A stretch of 24,000 nucleotides of DNA, taken from Thermococcus sibiricus MM 739. GTDB lineage: Archaea > Methanobacteriota_B > Thermococci > Thermococcales > Thermococcaceae. The stretch is from assembly GCF_000022545.1 (NCBI RefSeq), contig NC_012883.1:712276-736275 (forward strand), in the 5' to 3' direction. The number at the start of each line of letters is the position of its first letter. The first letter of the stretch is position 1. A program made the translations under genes and the position numbers. Below the pieces are notes generated by a model, which worked only from the letters and a program-made list of their open reading frames with translations, was not told where the DNA came from and did not search any database. Below are positions 9,061-16,378 of this stretch, piece after piece.

Positions 9061-9062
9061 CA

Positions 9063-9719
9063 TCACTTGAGCTCTATAATCTTGTAGGTTCCGTAGCTCG
9101 GTGGGGTTATGACCTTGGTGTAACCCGGTGCTCCAAATTCTGGCCTGACCTCAATAGCGATTTCCGTTCTTGTTGGGATTTCACTACCAAATACATCCTT
9201 TGCGTCTACGGTCAGAATCACTACATCTCCAGCGTTTATTGTTGGTGTGTCAGCGCTGAGTGAGTTATCAGCATCTTGAATCACAAGTATTCCAAAGTGA
9301 GTTCCATCGACGTTTGTGCTCCAAGCTCCTGATAATGTGGTATTGTCGAATATGTTGTTGGTGACTGTTTTGTTAAAGGCTCCAGATCCATACTCTAATA
9401 CTGCGACTGTATTTCCATCGTTTAAGTAGAGTTTTGTCTGGGTGAGATCAATTGGTTCGCTTCCTGCATTGAGTGAGATATATATTGCAAGCATGTCTAT
9501 TCCACTAGTACCTACATGACCAACTACCTTGTCTATCTTTAATCCGCTGGCAACTTCTTTTGTTGTTTGTCTTCCTGTGGCTTCTGCTCTTTGTTGCAAG
9601 TAGCCGCTGGTGTTGATGAGTACTGCTGCAGCTACTGCTGCCACTAGAACCATGGCTATAAACACAATCAGGGTACCAATACCAACAGCACCCCTCTTCT
9701 TACCAAAAATAGGCTTCAC
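9063..9719 (-). CDS. arlB: Archaellin ArlB (FlaB), the only copy in this window
   Basis: Class III signal peptide and conserved archaellin N-terminus 'KPIFGKKRG|AVGIGTLIVFIAMVLVAAVAAAVLINTSGYLQQ'. The tracked ORF begins at a TTG (9749). I place the start at the in-frame GTG at 9719, 7 nt after GGAGGTG, which gives a 10-residue leader. Confidence 0.9.
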   Translation of the reverse strand: MKPIFGKKRGAVGIGTLIVFIAMVLVAAVAAAVLINTSGYLQQRAEATGRQTTKEVASGLKIDKVVGHVGTSGIDMLAIYISLNAGSEPIDLTQTKLYLNDGNTVAVLEYGSGAFNKTVTNNIFDNTTLSGAWSTNVDGTHFGILVIQDADNSLSADTPTINAGDVVILTVDAKDVFGSEIPTRTEIAIEVRPEFGAPGYTKVITPPSYGTYKIIELK

Positions 9720-9768
9720 CTTTTGACACCTCCATTGGAAATTCTGCAATAGGATATAAGGTTCTTTG

Positions 9769-9786
9769 ACTATAAATCAATTTTTT
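9769..9786 (-). promoter_or_regulatory. Putative arlB promoter (A-rich BRE plus TTTATA box)
   Basis: Minus strand 'AAAAAATTGATTTATAG'. The TATA hexamer is at 9776-9771, about 52 nt upstream of the GTG start. The predicted TSS near 9747 leaves a leader containing the RBS. Confidence 0.5.
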
Positions 9787-9791
9787 GTTTT

Positions 9792-9835
9792 TACATTAAT
9801 CTTTACACATGTAAGTACATATGTAGGTATATACT
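9792..9835. promoter_or_regulatory. Cluster of TACATA-type hexamers/palindromes upstream of the arlB TATA box
   Basis: TACATT 9792-9797; TACACATGTA 9804-9813; perfect palindrome TACATATGTA 9816-9825 (two inverted TACATA); GTATATAC 9828-9835. Confidence 0.45.
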
Positions 9836-9919
9836 AACATTTGGTAGTAATTTTTAGAATTTGAAGAAATATGATAAAATTGGAATAAAGCCAAGATAAG
9901 ATAAAAGAACAACAAGATG

Positions 9920-10891
9920 TTACAATATTGGCTCAAGAACAAGAACAGATTTTCCATATTCACTTATTTTGGCATCCTTCCCATAGTATTCTAATGCATC
10001 AAGAATCTCAGATTTTTTTGGAAATCTTCTGAATTCTTTTGTGAGTTTTTCGAAAAATTCCCATGCAGCTATGTTTTCAAAATTCTCTCTAAATGGCTCT
10101 ACGATTATTAGTTTCCCTCTTTCATCCACCAAATTCAGAGCCTTTATAATGTTTCTGTGTACTTCAGGAAGATACTCGAGAACAAAACTCATTATAACTA
10201 AGTCATACTTTCTTTTAGGTATGGCATTTGTTATGTCAAGCTCTCTTAGGAACACCCAATCCATACCAAGTTCTCTTATTCTTTGTTGGGCTATGCTTAG
10301 TAATCCTGGGGAAAAGTCAATGCCGATATACTCTCCATTTGGACCCACATGTTTTCCGAGTTCTATCGGTGAGACCGAGCCGCAACCAAGATCAAGGATC
10401 CTCATTCCATCTCTAAGTCCACCAACCCTAACGATTATTTCTCTATATAACTTGTTTAGGGGATTTGAAAGTCGAATGTCCCAAAAGTCCGAGTCTTTGT
10501 CAAAGTCCATCATCACTTTAGAATTCTCGAAAGATAAAAATGCATAATTTGCCATTCTGACGATCTCATCTTGTATGTCAATCCATTCTGGAATAATATC
10601 TCGTAATCTCTCATATTCAAGGGTAAAAGTACGTAAGAACCTTTTAGGGCTTAATTCAGTCCCCTTAGCTTCTAGAATTCCTAACTCATAATATGCACTT
10701 AGTAGTGCTCTTAAGTAGGCTTTATTTTTGACATCTATTAAGTTTAAAATATCTTCAAGGGTTTTAGTTTTGTCCAGTTCCTTAAAAACGCCTAATCCCA
10801 ATCCAATTTTGACTGCATTAAAGAACGAAAAGTCAATAAGAGTTGAGAGATTGAAATCGAACTGTTTTATTAAGTCATCCATTTTTTGCAC
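9920..10891 (-). CDS. Class I SAM-dependent methyltransferase with an N-terminal dimerisation/wHTH-like domain
   Basis: 323 aa. Motif I 'RILDLGCGSVSP', acidic loop 'YIGIDFS', motif IV-like 'YDLVIMSFVLEY'. 1-nt gap after the wHTH gene. Confidence 0.85.
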   Translation of the reverse strand: MQKMDDLIKQFDFNLSTLIDFSFFNAVKIGLGLGVFKELDKTKTLEDILNLIDVKNKAYLRALLSAYYELGILEAKGTELSPKRFLRTFTLEYERLRDIIPEWIDIQDEIVRMANYAFLSFENSKVMMDFDKDSDFWDIRLSNPLNKLYREIIVRVGGLRDGMRILDLGCGSVSPIELGKHVGPNGEYIGIDFSPGLLSIAQQRIRELGMDWVFLRELDITNAIPKRKYDLVIMSFVLEYLPEVHRNIIKALNLVDERGKLIIVEPFRENFENIAAWEFFEKLTKEFRRFPKKSEILDALEYYGKDAKISEYGKSVLVLEPIL

Positions 10892-10892
10892 C

Positions 10893-11213
10893 TCACATAA
10901 ATCTACTATAATATGATTGATAAGTTTTTAGGAATCCAACAACTTTTTCCCCGTGCTCAGTAAGTTTGTAATATTTAAACCCATTTTGAGTAATCTCCTC
11001 TACCAAGCCAAGATGAACTAAGGAACTATCTCCATTATAGCGGTTTCCCATGCCGACTAGGGCCCCTTTTACATTGGAAGGATCTGATCTGACGATTCTA
11101 GCAATCTCGGAAAGGTATGTAGGAGAGGGGTAAATCTCATGTAAGTAGAAAAGAATCTTTTTTCTTAGTTCGCTCCTGTGTAATGATCGTAAGATGTGAG
11201 GATCAATTACCAA
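10893..11213 (-). CDS. Small winged-helix transcription regulator, candidate archaellum regulator (EarA-like?)
   Basis: 106 aa. 'RKKILFYLHEIYPSPTYLSEIARIVRSDPSNVKGAL' is an HTH followed by a wing ('LVEEITQNGFKYYKLTEHG'). TTG start behind a GGGGGGA RBS. Located directly upstream of the arl genes. Confidence 0.65.
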   Translation of the reverse strand: MVIDPHILRSLHRSELRKKILFYLHEIYPSPTYLSEIARIVRSDPSNVKGALVGMGNRYNGDSSLVHLGLVEEITQNGFKYYKLTEHGEKVVGFLKTYQSYYSRFM

Positions 11214-11466
11214 CCTTGTCCCCCCACAAAAATCTAGACATGTTAATCTAAAACTTAGTAATACTAGACGTTATATTATATTTAAATATTTCGGTTTTAT
11301 GTTATAAATTATCTAGTTATTTGCGGTAGTTCTTATAAATTACACAGTTATGATTTACAATTGTTAATAAGTTTACATTATCCACTGGATATATATGCAT
11401 AGAATCTATGATATTTTTCTAAAATGAATGAGTTCATTAGCCCTCTTTTATCGGATAGTTATCATT

Positions 11467-11497
11467 TTGACAAAAAATCTGTCAAAAACTTTAAATA
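11467..11497 (+). promoter_or_regulatory. Putative symporter promoter: palindrome TTGACA-N7-TGTCAA abutting a TTTAAATA box
   Basis: TTGACA 11467-11472, TGTCAA 11480-11485, TTTAAATA 11490-11497, RBS AGAGGTG 11528-11534, ATG 11542. Confidence 0.4.
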
Positions 11498-11541
11498 GCA
11501 TTCAAGATTTATTGGGTTGTACTTTCAAGAGGTGCAGAAAA

Positions 11542-12991
11542 ATGGACGTAGTTTGGACTACACTTGTTTTATACATGGGAGCAATGCTAGGAATTTCAGT
11601 ATATGCCAGAAAATACATTAAAACCTCGGCCGACTTTTTGGTGGCCGGGAGAAGACTAGGGTTAGCACTAACCACTGCAACTTTGGCAGCCACTCACTAT
11701 GGTGGTGGCTTTCATCTTGGGAGGAGCTAGCTGGGGAGCCACCTATGGATTAGGAGGAATCTGGTACGGTTTTGCCTGTGGTCTGGGGCTTCTTCTCTTG
11801 GGTCTGACTCTTGCAAAGCCCATGCGCGCTTTAGCATTATACACAGTCCCAGATGTTTTGGAGATGCGTTACAAGAGTAAGGCAATAAGACTTCTAGCTG
11901 CAATGCTTTCGCTTCTGGCCCTTGTAGGTATACTTGGGGCGCAAGTATGGGCAGCATCAGCAGTCTTTGAAGCTATAGGCCTTCCTGGAACTGCAGGAGC
12001 GGTATTTGCCACGCTTATCTTCATAGCCTACACGGCCTTTTCTGGATTGTGGGCAGTAGCTTTGACGGACTTTATCCAGATAATACTTGGAAGCATTGGT
12101 GTTTTAGTTGCAGTAGTTCTCGGTTTGAATAAGGTGGGGGGCTTTGAAGGGCTTAGAACAAGCCTTTCAGCGATTCCAAACCTACCACAGGCAGGTGGAG
12201 AGTATTTCAACTTCATGTCTTTGGGCATTTCCCTATTTGCTCTAACGTTAGCAGCAACAGTAATGTACACTTTGATAGGCCAAGATTTCTACCAGAGGCT
12301 TTTTGCATCAAATGATGAGAAAACGGCCAGAAAAGGTGCGATTTACAGTGGGGTACTGCTTATGGTACTATCTTTCCTCCCAGCCCTTGCGGGAATGCTT
12401 GCATTAACCCTTTCTAGCGATCCACAGGCGATAATCGATTCACCAAAGACTGCAGTACCAAAATTGATAATCACAGTATTTGGAAGTGGTGTTGGAGCGA
12501 TATTCGTGGCCGCAATCCTTGCGGCGGTAATGAGCACGGCCGATTCACTTTTATCAGCGGCAACTTCTCACGTGGTTAAGGACTTATACCAGAGCTTCAT
12601 AGAACCTGAAGCAGAGGATAAAAAGTTACTGAATCTCTCAATAGGAACCACAGTAGCTATAGGGGTTTTAGCACTTGTAGCAGCACTTACTATTCAGGGG
12701 ATAATTGAACTTCTCATATATTCCTACGACATCTATACTTCGGGGGTCTTTGTACCACTGTTGCTTGGAATCTACTGGAAGAGGGCCACAAAAGAGGGTG
12801 CTTTGCTGGGAATGATAGCGGGCTCATTGGTTGCTGTTGTAGGGATAACAGGGTTAGTGAGCTTCAGCTACTGGGAATACATATACGTAAGTGGAGCTCT
12901 TGTTTCGGCAGTGGTTATGGTGCTTGTTAGCCTTTTAACATCACCAGAGCCTATTGATAAAGAGCTTCAAAAGGTGTTTGAGCTCTCTTGA
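11542..12991 (+). pseudogene. Sodium:solute symporter (SSS/SSF family), reading frame broken by a +1 insertion near 11710-11713
   Basis: N-terminal piece 'MDVVWTTLVLYMGAMLGISVYARKYIKTSADFLVAGRRLGLALTTATLAATHYGGGF' stops at 11730. The next frame continues 'FILGGASWGATYGLGGIWYG...' for about 425 aa of polytopic membrane protein. The join fits a single contiguous SSS TM1-TM2 region. Confidence 0.8.
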
Positions 12992-13006
12992 GCTTTTTTT
13001 CTTTTT
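12981..13006 (+). terminator. Hairpin plus oligo-T terminator after the symporter
   Basis: AGCTC-tctt-GAGCT stem spanning the stop codon, followed by T7 (12994-13000) and T5 (13002-13006). Confidence 0.5.
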
Positions 13007-13092
13007 CCAATTAATTTTGACTCAATATCGTATTTTCTATCCGAACATAAAACTTTAATAGATGAATTGCAAAAAAACAAAGGGGACCCTAT

Positions 13093-13776
13093 ATGAATGA
13101 AAGTAAGAGAGATCTAACACTTGACTCAATATTGCTTGGAATCAAGCCGGGGGAAACTGTACTGGTTGAATACACTCCCATATCATCTCCTGAAATCCTA
13201 TTGTATCTTATGATAACTAAGTGCATGAAAAGAGGTGTTCCGGTTATAATTGATGATATCGCCGATACTTTTTCAGAGTATATCACAAGGCTTAAAATTT
13301 TGGGAGTTCCAACTGAGGATCTCTTAAACGCTCCAGTTATAAAAATCGGTGGAGATAAAAATGTTGGGAAAGTTCTAGGAAACGTTGAAATTAGAAGGTA
13401 CTCTTTAGACTTTGTTGCGTATAGTGAAGTTTACGAGAAGGTCGCTCCAAAGGAGATTGTTTGTAATCCGGTTTTGGGGATCCACAAACTTTTTGTATCC
13501 CTTGATCTGCAGGATGCCAGAGGGCTTGTTCGCAATATTGCAAGCTTTGTGGGGAATGAAACTCGTTTTGCGGTGTACTTTATAAATCGGGAAATACTAA
13601 AAGAAAAATCGTTAGAAATCCTCGGTCTTCTTGAAGAGATCTCCACAAGCGTGTTTAGGTGGGAACTCCATAAGGAGGTTTACAAGCTAAGCGTCATCAA
13701 ATCTCCCAATCCTGATATCTTAGGATCAGAGTTTTCTTTCTCAGCTGCAGATCTCTCTAAACTTATAAAGCGATAA
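13093..13776 (+). CDS. Second P-loop-less KaiC/RecA-fold (DUF257-like) protein, paralog of 97-735
   Basis: 227 aa. Blocks shared with the 97-735 product: 'KPGETVLVEY'/'KFGETVLLEH', 'KRGVPVIIDDIADT'/'KRGYFLVIEDILDT', 'VIKIGG'/'VLKTGG', 'RFAVYFINREIL'/'RTAFYFINTDVL', 'LLEEISTSV'/'LLEELASTV', 'VIKSPN'/'IIKSTN'. Confidence 0.8.
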   Translation: MNESKRDLTLDSILLGIKPGETVLVEYTPISSPEILLYLMITKCMKRGVPVIIDDIADTFSEYITRLKILGVPTEDLLNAPVIKIGGDKNVGKVLGNVEIRRYSLDFVAYSEVYEKVAPKEIVCNPVLGIHKLFVSLDLQDARGLVRNIASFVGNETRFAVYFINREILKEKSLEILGLLEEISTSVFRWELHKEVYKLSVIKSPNPDILGSEFSFSAADLSKLIKR

Positions 13777-13909
13777 AAAGAGAGGCCCCATTATTCTTTT
13801 CATTGAAGGGTTGTCTTATCGTGCTTTATCCCAAATGTAGCTTGGAAGCTTCTTTGTCATTTATAATTTTCTGCAAGCTTATCTCGGGTGTCTCCTCATG
13901 TGAAAAAGC

Positions 13910-13917
13910 TTTAAAGA
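13910..13917 (+). promoter_or_regulatory. Putative enolase TATA box (TTTAAAGA) with an upstream GAAAAAG BRE
   Basis: Lies 32 nt upstream of the ATG at 13949. An alternative TTTATAAT box is at 13860-13867. Confidence 0.4.
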
Positions 13918-13928
13918 GAAACCTCAAA

Positions 13929-13945
13929 TATCACCCGAGGTGAAA
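13929..13945 (+). promoter_or_regulatory. Thermococcales glycolytic motif (TGM)-like operator TATCAC-N5-GTGAAA
   Basis: TATCAC 13929-13934, spacer CCGAG, GTGAAA 13940-13945. One mismatch to the TATCAC-N5-GTGATA consensus. Sits between the TATA box and the eno ATG. Confidence 0.6.
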
Positions 13946-13948
13946 GCA

Positions 13949-15241
13949 ATGGAAAATCCCTTTGAAATTACCGGAATCTTTGCAAGGGAAATCTTGGATT
14001 CGAGGGGAAACCCAACAATTGAGGTTGATGTATACACTCCTGTCGCAATGGGGAGAGCAGCTGTTCCAAGTGGGGCTTCAACAGGAATTCACGAGGCCTT
14101 GGAGCTTAGAGACGGTGGAAAGAGATACCATGGAAAAGGCGTTAAGAGGGCCGTTGAGAACGTCAACAAGATAATTGCCCCGGAGCTTCTTGGTATGGAT
14201 GTCACACTCCAGAGGGACATTGATATGTTCATGCTTGAGCTTGATGGCAGTGAAAACAAGAGCAATCTTGGTGCAAACGCTATTCTCGGAGTTTCATTAG
14301 CAGTTGCAAAAGCAGCAGCAAATGCTCTTGAAATACCACTTTACCGCTACTTGGGCGGGGCAAACGCTTACGTTTTGCCTGTTCCAATGAGCAACGTTAT
14401 CAACGGTGGAGCCCATGCAGGCAACGATTTAGACTTCCAAGAGTTCATGATCATGCCGGTTGGTGCAAAGAGCTTTAGGGAAGCAATTCAGATGGTAAGC
14501 GAGACCTACCACACCCTAAAGAAGATTCTCATTGAGAAGTACGGCAAGTTAGCGGTCAACGTTGGTGACGAAGGCGGTTTTGCTCCCCCGATGAAAGAGG
14601 TCACTGAGCCTTTGGATGCTCTTGTGAAGGCAATTGAAGAGACCGGCTACAAGGTTGGAGATGAAATAGCATTCGCCCTTGATGTCGCTTCAAGCGAGTT
14701 CTATGAAGAAGAAAAGAATGTGTACATTGTTGGGGGCAAGGAATATACAAGAGAGGGGCTCATCGACCTTTACAAAGATCTTGTTTCAACATACCCAATA
14801 GTTTCTATTGAGGATCCAGTTCAGGAGGAAGACTTTGAGGGCTTTGCAATGGTTACAAAGGAGCTTGGAAAGAAGATTCAGCTTGTTGGCGATGACATCT
14901 TTGTTACAAACGTGAAGAGACTTAAGAAGGGCATTGAAATGGGGGCTGGAAATGCACTTCTCCTCAAGGTAAATCAGATCGGAACTTTAAGTGAAGCAAT
15001 AGACGCTGCTTATCTGGCCTTTAGAGCAGGCTATGGAGTTGTTGTTTCTCACCGCTCAGGTGAAACGGAAGGTTCAACAATTGCCGACATAGCTGTTGCA
15101 TTAAATGCTGGCCAGATCAAGACGGGAGCACCAGCAAGAAGCGATAGAAATGCTAAATATAACCAGCTCCTAAGAATTGAAGAGGAACTTGAGGGCGTGG
15201 CATACTATCCGGGTAAGAAGTTTAGAAATCCACTACTTTGA
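13949..15241 (+). CDS. eno: Enolase (2-phosphoglycerate dehydratase)
   Basis: '[16 protein letters not shown]', '[19 protein letters not shown]', '[18 protein letters not shown]', '[23 protein letters not shown]'. Start set at the ATG at 13949 (GAGGTGA plus 5 nt) rather than the GTG at 13940. Confidence 0.97.
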   Translation: MENPFEITGIFAREILDSRGNPTIEVDVYTPVAMGRAAVPSGASTGIHEALELRDGGKRYHGKGVKRAVENVNKIIAPELLGMDVTLQRDIDMFMLELDGSENKSNLGANAILGVSLAVAKAAANALEIPLYRYLGGANAYVLPVPMSNVINGGAHAGNDLDFQEFMIMPVGAKSFREAIQMVSETYHTLKKILIEKYGKLAVNVGDEGGFAPPMKEVTEPLDALVKAIEETGYKVGDEIAFALDVASSEFYEEEKNVYIVGGKEYTREGLIDLYKDLVSTYPIVSIEDPVQEEDFEGFAMVTKELGKKIQLVGDDIFVTNVKRLKKGIEMGAGNALLLKVNQIGTLSEAIDAAYLAFRAGYGVVVSHRSGETEGSTIADIAVALNAGQIKTGAPARSDRNAKYNQLLRIEEELEGVAYYPGKKFRNPLL

Positions 15242-15270
15242 TTTTTCTCTTCTTTGTGTATTCTTTCTCT
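15242..15270 (+). terminator. T-rich tract after eno
   Basis: 'ATTTTTCTCTTCTTTGTGTATTCTTTCTCT' begins directly after the stop codon. Confidence 0.35.
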
Positions 15271-15279
15271 GGAGATATC

Positions 15280-15287
15280 TTTAAATA
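15280..15287 (+). promoter_or_regulatory. Putative promoter TATA box (TTTAAATA) of the ATPase/PIN cassette
   Basis: Lies 34 nt upstream of the ATG at 15321. GGTGA RBS at 15310-15314. Confidence 0.4.
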
Positions 15288-15320
15288 TTCTCATAACTTA
15301 GATAAAGATGGTGAAAACTT

Positions 15321-16368
15321 ATGCTTACAAAAATGCTTATTAAGAATTATAAATCAATCAAAAAAGCAGAGCTGGAGTTCTCGAAAATTAATGTTCTCGT
15401 AGGCCCAAATGGAAGTGGAAAACATCTATTTTGGAATGTGCCGAGGTTCTGAGGAATCCATACATATACGCTAGACATATAACTCCTACTCCACCTATTT
15501 TTGAAAGAGACGTTCTTGAAAACTTATTTGAGATTAACTTCTTTGATGAAATAGTCCATGCCCACGATGTTTCTAAGACAATTCACATAAATGCTGATTT
15601 TAAAGACGTAGAAATACTAAAAGTTGAGGTCTCATTGTCAAAAGAAAAAGGTACTAGAAGACTAACTGGCAGTCATTCCTCCAACAGAGACTTAAAAATG
15701 GAACTTTCGCGAATACTTCATATTCTAAAAACTAACCGTAGAGTAGGGCGAAGATTGGGGGAGTTTTGGCAAATACATCCGCTGTTGATACATCAAATTC
15801 TCATGCAATTTTTTATTATGCTTGTTATCGTTCAGAATTCCAGGAAAATATTAGAATCATTCGTGAGTTTTATACAAAATATGGTCTCCAAAATCTCAGA
15901 TGGGTGCCAACAGAAACACAAGGCCAGTACGAAATTATTGCAACGACTCCGGGAGGAGTTGACATAAATCTCACAGATGCAGGTGCAGGATTAAATGCGC
16001 TTTTCCCAATAGTAACAGCTCTGGCATTTTATCCCAAAGGAAGTACAATTTTCATTGAACATCCAGAAATGCATCTTCATCCAAAACTTCAGTATGAACT
16101 TGCTGAGTTCTTCTTAATGGTATCAAAGAAGAGAGAGTATCAACTGATAATTGAGACTCATTCGGAGCACTTGCTATATGGGTTGTTAAATGCCGTAGCC
16201 TCGAGACGTTTATCGCCAGAGGAACTCGTTATTTACTCATCACAGAAAGAGCAAGAAGAGTCAGTCTTTAATAGGCTTATTGTTCATGAAGACGGAAGTG
16301 TTGAAGGGGATCTTCAAGACTTTTTTGAAGCAGATATAGATGTATTCCTTGATTGGCTAAAAGCATGA
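15321..16368 (+). pseudogene. ABC-type AAA_15/AAA_21 (DUF3696-like) ATPase, frame broken twice (15419-15422 and about 15757-15767)
   Basis: Frame 0: 'MLTKMLIKNYKSIKKAELEFSKINVLVGPNGSGK' (Walker A), then a premature stop. The next frame continues 'TSILECAEVLRNPY...'. The third frame (ORF 15766-16368) carries 'DAGAGLNALFPIV' (signature-like), 'STIFIEHPEMHLHP' (Walker B/D-loop), 'IIETHSEHLL' (H-loop) and 'DFFEAD'. The reconstructed product is about 349 aa. Confidence 0.75.
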
Positions 16369-16378
16369 GGGGAAGATA

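Noticed and set aside
10041-10916. Plus-strand ORFs inside the methyltransferase gene
   Set aside because: They are antisense to a gene with clear SAM-binding motifs and have no independent signals.
11420-11490. Possible C/D box sRNA ('ATGAATGA' ... 'CTGT') and similar weak hits at 23911-23955
   Set aside because: The C box deviates from RUGAUGA and there is no proper CUGA D box or C'/D' pair at the correct spacing. No convincing C/D sRNA was found in any intergenic region.
11428-11541. N-terminal extension of the symporter (start at 11428)
   Set aside because: The extension would include the TTTAAATA box and the palindrome. The ATG at 11542 has an AGAGGTG RBS and starts directly at TM1.
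97-13776. The two DUF257-like paralogs in inverted orientation as possible boundaries of a mobile or invertible 13-kb segment
   Set aside because: Similarity is at the protein level only (roughly 25-30%). There are no nucleotide-level inverted repeats, integrase or transposase, so recombination or mobility is not supported.
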